Below the pieces are notes generated by a model. The model was given only the letters and a program-made list of their open reading frames with translations. It was not told the origin of the DNA and searched no databases. DNA of 56,495 nucleotides from an uncultured Actinomycetota bacterium (lineage in GTDB: Bacteria; Actinomycetota; Humimicrobiia; Humimicrobiales; Humimicrobiaceae): positions 1 through 56,495 of the forward strand of contig CAYMPQ010000002.1 of the NCBI GenBank assembly GCA_964392345.1. Reading direction: 5' to 3'. Within the stretch, counting starts at the first letter, position 1; every line of letters starts with the position of its first letter. A program made the position numbers and the translations under genes. Shown here piece by piece: positions 8,597 through 17,827 of this stretch.

Positions 8597-10231
8597 ATGG
8601 CAAAAGAGCTTAGGTATGATGAAGCTTCAAGGAGGGCTCTTGAAAGAGGCGTTAATATAATTGCAGACGCAGTTAGGATAACGATAGGGCCTAAAGGCAG
8701 GAATGTTGTTCTGGAGAAGAAATATGGTGCTCCTACCATCACAAATGACGGGGTAACCATAGCAAGAGAAATAGATGTAGAAGATGTATTTGAAAATACT
8801 GGTGTCCAGCTTCTAAAAGAGGTTGCTACAAAAACTAATGACGTGGCTGGCGATGGTACGACTACGGCTACTATTCTGGCACAGGCTATGGTCAGAGAAG
8901 GACTAAGAAATGTTGCAGCAGGCGCCAATCCGCTACTGCTTAAGAAAGGTATTGAAGAAGCAGTAGGCATAGTAGTAAAAGAGATCAGCAATGTGAGCAT
9001 GGATATCGCTACTGACAAGAAAAAAATAGCAGAGGTTGCTGCTATTTCTGCTGCAGATGAAGAAATTGGCCAGACTATAGCAGATTCTATGGAAAAAGTT
9101 GGAAAAGATGGTGTTATTACAGTTGAAGAATTCAACAAATTTGGAATTGAAATAGAACTGGTTGAAGGGCTGCAATTTGATAAGGGCTATCTCTCTCCGT
9201 ATATGGTAACTGATGCTGAGAGAATGGAAGCAGTTTTAAATGACCCTTATATTTTAATTGCAAATCAAAAAATATCATCAGTTAGCGATATTGTGCCAAT
9301 TCTTGAAAAAATTATGCAAGCTGGCAAGCCGCTGCTTATAATTGCTGAAGATGTAGAAGGTGAGGCACTTGCAACCATAGTTGTGAATAAACTTAGAGGA
9401 ACACTGACCTGTGCTGCTGTAAAGGCTCCTGGTTTTGGAGACAGAAGAAAAGCCATGCTTGAGGATATTGCAATAGTTACAAATGGAAAAGTGCTAAGCG
9501 AAGAAATTGGCGTAAAACTGGAAAATATTACTATTGACATGCTTGGTTCAGCAAGACAAGTAAAAATAGATAAGGAAAACACCACAATTGTTGAAGGCAA
9601 GGGGTCTGTAGATGCTATCAAAGGCAGAATAAAGCAGATCAGGAATGAAATAGAACAAAGTGACTCAGACTTTGATAAAGAAAAATTACAGGAAAGACTT
9701 GCAAAATTATCAGGTGGTGTAGCAGTAATAAAAGTTGGCGCAGCAACCGAAGTAGAGCTAAAGGAGAAAAAACATAGAATAGAAGATGCTCTTTCTGCAA
9801 CCAAAGCTGCAGTTGAAGAAGGAATTGTTCCTGGAGGCGGAGTGGTTTTAGTAGATGCAATCCCAAAGGTTGATTTAAAGAAATTTGAGGGAGATGTTAA
9901 AACTGGAGCAGCTATTGTAGTCAAGGCTTTAGAAGAACCGTTGAGACAAATTGCAAACAATGCTGGTCTTGAGGGTTCAGTGGTTGTTGAGAAGGTAAAG
10001 ACATTGCCTTCCGGAGAAGGGTTTGATGCTCTTAGCAATAAGTATGTTAACATGATTGATGCTGGTATTATAGATCCTGCAAAAGTTACAAGAAGCGCCC
10101 TTCAGAACGCAGCTTCTGTTGCAGCTCTTATGTTGACAACTGAGGTAGTTATAGCAGAAAAACCTGAAAAAGAAAAAGCACCTATGATGCCACCAGGCGG
10201 TGGCTATGGCGGAGGAATGCCTCCAATGTAA
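8597..10231 (+). CDS. groEL: Chaperonin GroEL
   Basis: MAKELRYDE..., [14 protein letters not shown], and a C-terminal [11 protein letters not shown] tail. The start is taken at MAKEL (8597) rather than the track start at 8588. Confidence 0.95.
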   Translation: MAKELRYDEASRRALERGVNIIADAVRITIGPKGRNVVLEKKYGAPTITNDGVTIAREIDVEDVFENTGVQLLKEVATKTNDVAGDGTTTATILAQAMVREGLRNVAAGANPLLLKKGIEEAVGIVVKEISNVSMDIATDKKKIAEVAAISAADEEIGQTIADSMEKVGKDGVITVEEFNKFGIEIELVEGLQFDKGYLSPYMVTDAERMEAVLNDPYILIANQKISSVSDIVPILEKIMQAGKPLLIIAEDVEGEALATIVVNKLRGTLTCAAVKAPGFGDRRKAMLEDIAIVTNGKVLSEEIGVKLENITIDMLGSARQVKIDKENTTIVEGKGSVDAIKGRIKQIRNEIEQSDSDFDKEKLQERLAKLSGGVAVIKVGAATEVELKEKKHRIEDALSATKAAVEEGIVPGGGVVLVDAIPKVDLKKFEGDVKTGAAIVVKALEEPLRQIANNAGLEGSVVVEKVKTLPSGEGFDALSNKYVNMIDAGIIDPAKVTRSALQNAASVAALMLTTEVVIAEKPEKEKAPMMPPGGGYGGGMPPM

Positions 10232-10332
10232 AAAAGCTATAGGGCTTTTACAAATAAAACAACGTGTAGCTGTCTGTTAAGTAACAAAATTTTTAGTAGC
10301 AAGAGTTATTGAGCAGGCATGCATGATATAAA

Positions 10333-10372
10333 AATTGGTCTTTGCTTTTACGCAAAGGCCAATTTTATTTTT
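10333..10372 (+). terminator. Rho-independent terminator after groEL
   Basis: Stem aattggtctttgc / gcaaaggccaatt with one G-U pair and a 6-nt loop, followed by ttatttttg. Confidence 0.7.
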
Positions 10373-10586
10373 GCGATGCTTCTTTTAGTGTGTATCAAGA
10401 AAATAGTTGCTGGTATGCCTCCAGAAATTAATCATCTAAAATAAATTTCTCTAATAATACCACTATACAAGCCTAAAATCACCAATTCCAAATAGAAAGC
10501 AAATTCGATTTCAAAAAAAGCTTGACTTTTTGCTGTATACATGATAGATATATGCCTATCATATATAAAATAGGAGGCCCGATGAT

Positions 10587-10922
10587 ATGAAAAGAGCAGC
10601 AATGGAAAGGCGCGAAAAGGATCTTCTGTCAAAAATTACAAGGATCCTAAACTACTCAGAATATATACATGCTAATCTGTTTACCATGGAAAGGGTGTGT
10701 GGAAACAAAAACTGCAGGTGCATAAGAGAAGGTAAAAAACATAAGTCTCTTTATCTTGCCACTATGACAAAAGAGAAAAAAAGAAAGACGATATACATCC
10801 CCAGAAGACTTGAGGATAAGGCAAGGCAATATACAGAGCGGTATTTTAAAATAAAAGAAGGTCTGGAGAAGATATCAGATATTAACCTGGCCAGACTGCT
10901 TGAGGAGAAAGATAAAAAATAA
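10587..10922 (+). CDS. IS-encoded small Cys-rich basic protein (accessory or DNA-binding)
   Basis: 111 aa with CGNKNCRCIREGKKHKSLYL. Its stop overlaps the transposase ATG (TAATG), and it lies inside the inverted repeats. Confidence 0.6.
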   Translation: MKRAAMERREKDLLSKITRILNYSEYIHANLFTMERVCGNKNCRCIREGKKHKSLYLATMTKEKKRKTIYIPRRLEDKARQYTERYFKIKEGLEKISDINLARLLEEKDKK

Positions 10923-12123
10923 TGTTTAAAAAGGCCCTGAGATATTCCAGGAAACATTTCGACCTTTTTAAGAAACTAAAAGATATAACAGATAAAAGAA
11001 TAAAGGCAAGAATCTCCACAGCAGAAGTAGCTATAGCAATATTTTCACTCCAGCTTGCCAATCTCGGCTCCCTTAATAACTATGCTCAGTCATCAGTATT
11101 ATCGCCTTCAGTATCTACCATAGCAAGATCAGCTGACGGTATGGATATTGACTACCTGCGGAATGTAAACTTACAAATATATAAAAAGGCAAGAAAGAAA
11201 AAGATGCTATCAGCTTACCGGGGAGAATGGATAGGGATAATAGATGGAAAAGAAATCACTACTTCAGACTACTTAAAGTGTAGCCATTGCAAAAAGCGAA
11301 AGCTAAGAGACAAGGAGGGAAGATTAAAATATCAGTATTATCATCAGTTTAATGCATTTATACTGGCATGTAAGGATTTTTCCATTACTTTAGATATTGA
11401 ACCCATACTTCCCGGTGAAGGGGAGCAGACAAGTGCCTACAGGCTGCTGGAAAGAGTCTGTAAAAATTATCCAAAAGCATTCAGCCTGGTAATAGGGGAC
11501 GGACTCTATCTGAATGAAAAAATATTTAAGCTGCTTGAGGCCCATCATAAAAAAACCATTGCAGTGCTAAAGGAAGAAAGAAGGCAGCTGTTTCAGGAAG
11601 CAAACAGGCTATCTCTTCTGGAAGAGCCGGTAGTATACAGGGAAGGTAAAACCAGCTACAGGGTATGGGGCCACTCAGTATCTGGATGCTGGGATGGGTA
11701 TGGAAAAGATGTAAGGGTTATAGTATCACAGGAGATAACAAAAAAAGGACTCACTCAAAAGATGGTAAAAGCTGGGAAGACAAGGAGGTGGTGGCAAACT
11801 GGATGTGGGCCACCAATTTAGATGTTTCCAAAGATACAGGTGATCTTAAAAATATGGTTAAGGTATGCCACTCCAGATGGCATATTGAGAACCGCTGCTT
11901 TAAAGAGACGGCCGATATGTGGAACGTGGAGCATATCTACCGCCACAGCAAAAATGCCATCATGGTATTTCTGCTGTTTCTTTTTATGGCGGTAAATATC
12001 TTTAATGTCTTTAGAAGCAGAAATCTCAAAGACAGTAAGATAAGGACCAAGCTAAACCTGATAATGAGATTACGTGGAGATTTCTTAAGTCTGGCCAATC
12101 CGCTTCCGCCTGTTCCTATATAG
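10922..12123 (+). CDS. DDE transposase split into two overlapping frames (10922-11821 and 11665-12123), joined by a -1 shift at an A7 run
   Basis: The upstream frame has D-containing blocks (IGIIDGKE, LVIGDGLYLN). The downstream frame has HSRWHIENRCFKE, the catalytic E block. The frames meet at ACAAAAAAAGG (A7 at 11740-11746), and a -1 slip gives ...SQEITKKRTHSKDGKSWEDKEVVANWMWATNLD... Confidence 0.75.
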
Positions 12124-12359
12124 CGCCCTCAACGCAAAATATTTAAAAGATCACCATCACAAGTAATTTTATATTACCAGATTTAAGATGTTTTAGTCAC
12201 CCCAAAACACCAAAATTGCCATAAATTTTGCCCCTGAAAGCACTATTTGGAAAATGATCTAATAGACTGATATCAATATTGACCCATTTTTACTGTGTTT
12301 ATTGATGAAATTGAGAGTGGATGATTAATTTCTGGTATGCCTCTTGTTTATTTGAATAA

Positions 12360-12399
12360 AATCAAAACTTATAGTAATATTTCTTCAATTATTTATTTC
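12360..12399 (+). repeat. Left copy of a perfect 40-bp direct repeat bracketing the MNT/HEPN cassette
   Basis: AATCAAAACTTATAGTAATATTTCTTCAATTATTTATTTC is identical to 13116-13155. Confidence 0.95.
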
Positions 12400-12472
12400 T
12401 TTTAAAGCAACTAATAATTTTACAAATTGTTGTATAGCATACAGTTATATGAATGATGGATAAGAAAATAAC

Positions 12473-12760
12473 GTGAAGCCATATATTGAAGAGATAAAAC
12501 GAAAAATTCTTCCAATTTTAAAAAGATATGGAGTCAAAAGAGTGGGACTATTTGGCTCATATGTCCGAGGGGAGATGAAAGAAGATAGCGATATTGATAT
12601 ATTGGTAGAGATTGAGAAGAATATAAGTTTGCTCGATTTTGTAGGACTTAAACAAGAGATTGAGGAAGCACTAAGAAAAAAAGTAGATTTGGTAGAATAT
12701 GGTACAATTAAGCCTCTTCTAAAGGAAAGGATTCTAAGTGAACAGGTGAGAATTTTATGA
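12473..12760 (+). CDS. MNT-type nucleotidyltransferase antitoxin
   Basis: 95 aa with GLFGSYVRGEMKEDSDIDILVE. Its stop overlaps the start of the HEPN reading frame (ATGA). Confidence 0.85.
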   Translation: MKPYIEEIKRKILPILKRYGVKRVGLFGSYVRGEMKEDSDIDILVEIEKNISLLDFVGLKQEIEEALRKKVDLVEYGTIKPLLKERILSEQVRIL

Positions 12761-13109
12761 GAAGAGACATGAGAGTATATATTGAGGATATTTTAGAAAG
12801 TATTACGAAAATAGAGGAGTACACAAAAGCAATTGCTGAAGATGATTTTTATAGGAATACTCAGATTCAAGACGCAGTCTTGAGAAGGTTGGAAATTATT
12901 GCGAGGCAGTAAAAAATATCCCTAAAGAATTTAGAGGCAGATACTCAGAAATACCATGGAAAAAGATTGCTGGAATGAGAGATATTCTTATTCATGAATA
13001 CTTTGGAATAAATTTAAAATGTGTCTGGAAAGTAGCCAAGGAAGACATTTTAAATTTGAGCGATAAAATACTGAAAGTGAAAGAAGATTTGGAGAAAAAT
13101 AATAATTAA
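12757..13109 (+). pseudogene. HEPN (DUF86) toxin, frameshifted
   Basis: Frame 1 reads MRRDMRVYIEDILESITKIEEYT...[10 protein letters not shown] with a stop at 12910-12912. Shifting by one nucleotide near 12900 gives (G)[44 protein letters not shown]..., which includes the Rx4H motif RDILIH. Confidence 0.85.
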
Positions 13110-13115
13110 TGAAAT

Positions 13116-13155
13116 AATCAAAACTTATAGTAATATTTCTTCAATTATTTATTTC
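13116..13155 (+). repeat. Right copy of the perfect 40-bp direct repeat
   Basis: Identical to 12360-12399. Near-identity continues about 6 nt upstream with one indel. Confidence 0.95.
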
Positions 13156-13251
13156 ACTGGATGATAACGGCCAGCGTATTTGTAGGCAGCTGTTCAGATA
13201 GTATTAAACCTGTACCGAAACAAGATAAAAATTATACAAAATACATAAGCC

Positions 13252-13899
13252 ATGAATATTACATTGTTATATAAAATAGCATTAGTTATAGGCTCTTACC
13301 TTTTTGGGGCTTTCCCCACGGCTTATGTTGTTCACAAAATTAAAAAAGGCGGTGATATCAGAAAACATGGAAGCGGTAATGTAGGGGGGACCAATATTAT
13401 CAGAACTGTTGGGGTTTACTCTGGTATTGCAACTATAATTATTGATATGATCAAGGGTTTTATACCAATACTGGTAATATATTTTATTTATCCTGATGAT
13501 TTAATATTACTTTCAATAGTAACAGTTTCTACGATTTTAGGACATGATTTTCCTATTTATATTAAATTTAAAGGCGGCAAGGGGATTGCGACATCTTTTG
13601 GAGCAATAGTTGGTATTTCGGCCTTGCCATTTTTTAATAATTCTGTGTGGCTGGAAATTCTCCCAATTTTTATAATATTTTTTACATGGGCTATTATATT
13701 TTTGATTTCTAAAATTGTATCTGTCGGGTCTTTGACTGCAGCTGTAATTACTCCACTTGCATTTTTCTTTACTAAATACCCACTGGGTATAGTTATTGCG
13801 GCTGCTTGCTGGTCTTTTATGATTTTTATTACTCACAGGGAGAATATTAAAAGACTGATCAGGAAAGAGGAGAAAAAAATTAAGGGAAAAGAGGAATAA
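13252..13899 (+). CDS. plsY: Glycerol-3-phosphate acyltransferase PlsY
   Basis: Polytopic membrane protein with GSGNVGGTNIIRT and HDFPIYIKFKGGKGIAT. Confidence 0.9.
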   Translation: MNITLLYKIALVIGSYLFGAFPTAYVVHKIKKGGDIRKHGSGNVGGTNIIRTVGVYSGIATIIIDMIKGFIPILVIYFIYPDDLILLSIVTVSTILGHDFPIYIKFKGGKGIATSFGAIVGISALPFFNNSVWLEILPIFIIFFTWAIIFLISKIVSVGSLTAAVITPLAFFFTKYPLGIVIAAACWSFMIFITHRENIKRLIRKEEKKIKGKEE

Positions 13900-15060
13900 A
13901 TGGAAGTAGAGATTGGTAAGGGGAAAATAGGTAAAAGATCCTATGGCTTTGATGAAATTTCAATAGTTCCAAGCAGGAGAACCAGGGATCCTGAAGATAT
14001 TGATATTTCTGCAAAGGTAGGAAGCCACAAGTTGAAGATACCGGTACTTGCATCAGCAATGGATGGCGTAGTGGATGTGAAATTTGCTGTAGAAATGGGA
14101 AAAATTGGAGGGCTGGCTGTTCTGAACTTAGAAGGGATACAGTGCAGGTACGAAAATGCAGAAGAAATGTTGGATAAAATATCTAAACTTTCTGATAAAG
14201 AGGCTACAAAAAAGATGCAGGAAATTTACAGGGAGCCCATTAAGGAAGAGTTAATAGAGAAGAGAATAAAGCAGATAAAAAAGGGAGGTGTAACAGCAGG
14301 TGCTTCGCTTACCCCGCAAAGAGTTAAAAAGTATTACAAAATAGCATTAGAAGCTGGTTTGGATGTATTGGTGATTCAGGGAACTGTGGTTAGTGCTGAG
14401 CATGTGAGCAAAACAAAAACGCCGTTAGATTTAAAGGAGTTTATCCCAAATTGTCCTATTCCGGTCATAGTTGGCAATTGTGCATCTTACTCAACAGCAT
14501 TGCACCTTATGAGGACCGGGGCTGTAGGTGTTCTTGTGGGAATTGGTCCCGGTGCTGCATGTACCACAAGGCAGGTTTTAGGTATAGGTGTGCCGCAAGC
14601 TACAGCAATAGCAGATGCTGCTGCAGCAAGGGCAATGCATCTGGATGAGACAGGCAAGCATGTAATGGTTATTGCTGATGGCGGCATAAGAACCGGTGGC
14701 GATGTATCAAAGGCTATAGCATGCGGAGCAGATTTGATAATGATAGGTTCTCCTCTTACACGAGCTAAAGAAGCTCCAGGAAGGGGATATCACTGGGGCA
14801 TGGCAACCTTTCATCCAGAACTTCCCAGAGGCACAAGAATCAAAACAGGAGTAGTTGGGAGCCTTAAAGAGATATTAGTTGGACCGGCATTTGAAAATGA
14901 TGGGTCACTTAATTTGCTTGGAGCTCTTTGTACTTCTATGGCGACGTGTGGTTACGAAAATATTAAGGATTTTCAAAAAGCTGAATTAGTAGTGGCCCCT
15001 TCTATAAAAACAGAAGGGAAGCTTCTTCAAAGACAGCAAAGAATTGGTATGGGTTTGTGA
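13900..15060 (+). CDS. GuaB3-type IMP dehydrogenase-related protein (no CBS domains)
   Basis: 386 aa with [37 protein letters not shown] and [11 protein letters not shown], located directly upstream of guaA. Confidence 0.8.
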   Translation: MEVEIGKGKIGKRSYGFDEISIVPSRRTRDPEDIDISAKVGSHKLKIPVLASAMDGVVDVKFAVEMGKIGGLAVLNLEGIQCRYENAEEMLDKISKLSDKEATKKMQEIYREPIKEELIEKRIKQIKKGGVTAGASLTPQRVKKYYKIALEAGLDVLVIQGTVVSAEHVSKTKTPLDLKEFIPNCPIPVIVGNCASYSTALHLMRTGAVGVLVGIGPGAACTTRQVLGIGVPQATAIADAAAARAMHLDETGKHVMVIADGGIRTGGDVSKAIACGADLIMIGSPLTRAKEAPGRGYHWGMATFHPELPRGTRIKTGVVGSLKEILVGPAFENDGSLNLLGALCTSMATCGYENIKDFQKAELVVAPSIKTEGKLLQRQQRIGMGL

Positions 15061-15061
15061 T

Positions 15062-16594
15062 ATGGAAAATGTTTTAGTTATTGACTTTGGAGGTCAATAC
15101 AGCCAGTTAATTGCGAGGAGGGTAAGAGAGCTTCAGGTATATTCTGAACTTATTCCCTATGATACGGATATTGAAAAAATAAAGAAAAAAAAACCTCGCG
15201 GCCTTATATTTTCAGGATCTCCCCACAGTACTCTGTCCAAAGGCGGAAAGCAGCTAATTGTAGATAAAGAAATTTTTTCTCTTGGGGTGCCCATCATTGG
15301 TATTTGCTATGGGATGCAGCTAATTGCTTATTTGCTTGGAGGGAAAGTTACAGGGAGAGGTAGAAATGAGTATGGCAAAACGATGGTAAAATTGAATACA
15401 AATTCCCTTCTCTTTAAAAATCTAAAAAAAGATGAGATTTGCTGGATGAGCCACAAAGATTGTGTATCAAAAGTACCTCCACCATTTAATGTAATAGCTT
15501 CTACACCAAATCTTCCAATTGCTGGCATGGAAGAGCCTGAAAGAAAAATATATGGTATTCAGTTTCATCCTGAAGTAAAACACACTCATTCTGGAATGGA
15601 TATATTGAAAAATTTTTTGTTCAATGTTTGCAAGTGCTCTCCCGGCTGGACGGCGGCTTCTTTTATAGAGGATCAGGTAAAAATAGTAAAAGATAAAGTT
15701 AAAAATGGAAAAGTTATATGTGCATTAAGCGGGGGAGTAGATTCCTCTGTTGCTGCAATTTTGGTAAATAGAGCAGTTGGAGATAAACTTACTTGTATAT
15801 TTGTAGATCACGGACTTCTTAGAAAAGATGAAGATAAATATGTTGAAAAAACCTTTAGAAAAAATTTTAAAATTAGTCTTATTCACGTAAAAGCCAGGGA
15901 CAGATTTTTAAAAAAACTTGCAGGAGTTACGGAACCTGAAGAAAAAAGGAAAATAATTGGAAATGAGTTTATAAGGGTATTTGAAGAAGAAGCAGTGAAA
16001 ATAAAAGATGCAAATTTTTTAGTTCAGGGAACGCTGTATTCTGATGTTATAGAAAGTGGTACTGGGGATGCATCAAGGATAAAATCTCATCATAATGTTG
16101 GCGGGTTGCCTGAGGACATAAAATTAGAATTAATAGAACCGCTAAGATTATTATTTAAAGACGAGGTTAGAAAGATAGGCATTAAGCTGGGCCTTCCTGA
16201 TGAGATAGTGTGGAGGCAGCCTTTTCCGGGACCAGGTCTGGCAATAAGAATAATAGGGGAAGTTACCGAGGAAAGATTAGAAATATTGAAAGCTGCTGAT
16301 GCAATAGTGCTGGAGGAAATTAAAAGAGCAGGTATGTACAAAAGCATCTGGCAGTCATTTGCTGTGCTTCCATGTATTAAAAGCGTAGGTGTCATGGGTG
16401 ATGAACGAACTTATGCTTACCCAATAGTTTTAAGAGCAGTAAGTAGCGACGATGCCATGACTGCAGATTGGGTCAGACTGCCTTACGATGTATTGGAGAG
16501 AATAGGAAGTAGAATTATAAATAATGTTAGCGGCGTGAATAGAGTGGTCTATGATATTAGTTCAAAGCCTCCAAGCACAATTGAATGGGAGTAA
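15062..16594 (+). CDS. guaA: GMP synthase (glutamine-hydrolysing)
   Basis: GATase domain (ICYGMQL, QFHPE), ATP-pyrophosphatase motif SGGVDSSV, and the C-terminal PPSTIEWE. The ATG at 15062 follows the upstream stop. Confidence 0.95.
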   Translation: MENVLVIDFGGQYSQLIARRVRELQVYSELIPYDTDIEKIKKKKPRGLIFSGSPHSTLSKGGKQLIVDKEIFSLGVPIIGICYGMQLIAYLLGGKVTGRGRNEYGKTMVKLNTNSLLFKNLKKDEICWMSHKDCVSKVPPPFNVIASTPNLPIAGMEEPERKIYGIQFHPEVKHTHSGMDILKNFLFNVCKCSPGWTAASFIEDQVKIVKDKVKNGKVICALSGGVDSSVAAILVNRAVGDKLTCIFVDHGLLRKDEDKYVEKTFRKNFKISLIHVKARDRFLKKLAGVTEPEEKRKIIGNEFIRVFEEEAVKIKDANFLVQGTLYSDVIESGTGDASRIKSHHNVGGLPEDIKLELIEPLRLLFKDEVRKIGIKLGLPDEIVWRQPFPGPGLAIRIIGEVTEERLEILKAADAIVLEEIKRAGMYKSIWQSFAVLPCIKSVGVMGDERTYAYPIVLRAVSSDDAMTADWVRLPYDVLERIGSRIINNVSGVNRVVYDISSKPPSTIEWE

Positions 16595-16633
16595 AGGCAA
16601 GAGGTAAGAAAACATAATAAAGGAGAAGTTTAA

Positions 16634-16918
16634 ATGGAAAAGGATTTTAATAAAAAATTGGATGAATACAGAAAAGAAATTGACAAGATTGACAAAAATA
16701 TAGTTGATTTTCTTAATAAGAGGGCAAAAATTGTGTCGGAAATAAAAAAAATGAAGGTTAAAAAGGGGGTACCTTTGTATAACGCAAGAAGGGAAGAAAA
16801 ATTAATGGAAAATATAGTTAAATATAACAAAGGCCCGCTTTATAATGATAATATAATCCAGATCTTTGAATGTATATTAAGGAATGTGCAGATATTGGAA
16901 AAAGATGAAAATCTATAA
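16634..16918 (+). CDS. Chorismate mutase (AroQ class)
   Basis: 94 aa reading LDEYRKEIDKIDKNIVDFLNKRAKIVSEIKKMK...REEKLMENI, with a ggag RBS. Confidence 0.8.
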   Translation: MEKDFNKKLDEYRKEIDKIDKNIVDFLNKRAKIVSEIKKMKVKKGVPLYNARREEKLMENIVKYNKGPLYNDNIIQIFECILRNVQILEKDENL

Positions 16919-17003
16919 TATACTGCGGTACTTAAATTTATAATATAAAGTTATAATATAAAGGGAACTATCTAAAAGTTGCATTTGCAAGTTAGGAAAT
17001 AAA

Positions 17004-17816
17004 TTGAAAAAAGATAACTTAACAAATAACATGGAGAGCAAGGACGTAAAGTTAATAGAGGATGGCTACATCACAATAATTGCCGGCCCATGTGCCATTG
17101 AGAGCTTGAAACAGCTTGATATTATTGCTAAAAAAGTGAAAGAATGCGGACTTTCATTTCTCAGGGGCGGAGCATACAAACCAAGGACTTCTCCGTACAG
17201 CTTTCAGGGACTTGAGCATGAAGGTTTGGAGTATTTAAAAGAGATTGGCAGCAAGTACAATCTTCAAACAGTAACAGAAGTTACAGATGCAGAAAAAGTA
17301 GACGAAATAGCAAAATACACTGATGTCCTTCAAATTGGAACAAGAAATATGTCTAATTTTGCATTGCTTAAAAAAGTTGGTAAAGTGGCGCATGAGAAAA
17401 AGAAGAAGGTTATACTCAAAAGGGGGTGGGCTGCAACTATTAGGGAATGGCTCCTGTCAGCTGAATATATAACGTCAAGAGGTGGCTGCGAAGTAGTTTT
17501 ATGCGAGAGAGGCATAAGAACTTTTGAGACTTATACCAGATTTACATTAGACTTATCAGCGGTGCCTGTGATAAAAAAATTAAGCAAGCTTCCAATAATT
17601 ATTGACCCGTCGCATGCTACTGGCCAGAGCGATCTGGTCATTCCGATGTGCAGAGCAGCTATAGCGGTAGGAGCAGATGGGTTGATAGTAGAAATACATC
17701 ATAATCCTTCTGAGGCTCTTTGTGACGGGCAGCAAGCTTTGGATCCAAAACAAACATCAGATATGCTGCACCAGATAAATGAAATTTCAAAAGTTTTTGG
17801 GAAGAAAATTAGATAG
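17004..17816 (+). CDS. 3-deoxy-7-phosphoheptulonate (DAHP) synthase, type I-beta
   Basis: IAGPCAIES, LRGGAYKPRTSPYSFQGL, DPSHATGQ. It follows chorismate mutase. Confidence 0.85.
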   Translation: MKKDNLTNNMESKDVKLIEDGYITIIAGPCAIESLKQLDIIAKKVKECGLSFLRGGAYKPRTSPYSFQGLEHEGLEYLKEIGSKYNLQTVTEVTDAEKVDEIAKYTDVLQIGTRNMSNFALLKKVGKVAHEKKKKVILKRGWAATIREWLLSAEYITSRGGCEVVLCERGIRTFETYTRFTLDLSAVPVIKKLSKLPIIIDPSHATGQSDLVIPMCRAAIAVGADGLIVEIHHNPSEALCDGQQALDPKQTSDMLHQINEISKVFGKKIR

Positions 17817-17827
17817 TTGGTGCACAA

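Larger units (their letters stand above)
10421..12335 (+). mobile_element. Complete insertion sequence (DDE_Tnp_1 / IS4-superfamily-like), 1915 bp
   Basis: The 16-bp terminal inverted repeats are CCAGAAATTAATCATC (10421-10436) and GATGATTAATTTCTGG (12320-12335). The flanking direct duplication TATGCCT lies at 10414-10420 and 12336-12342. The element contains a small accessory ORF plus a DDE transposase. Confidence 0.85.

Noticed and set aside
8575-10053. Long minus-strand ORFs (187 aa, 262 aa and others) inside groEL
   Set aside because: They are Ser/Thr/Ala/Phe-rich shadow frames of a highly conserved gene. The same applies to the antisense ORFs inside etfA, the FAD oxidase, guaA, ppdK, glyS, deoC, dnaJ and thiN (24800-25354).
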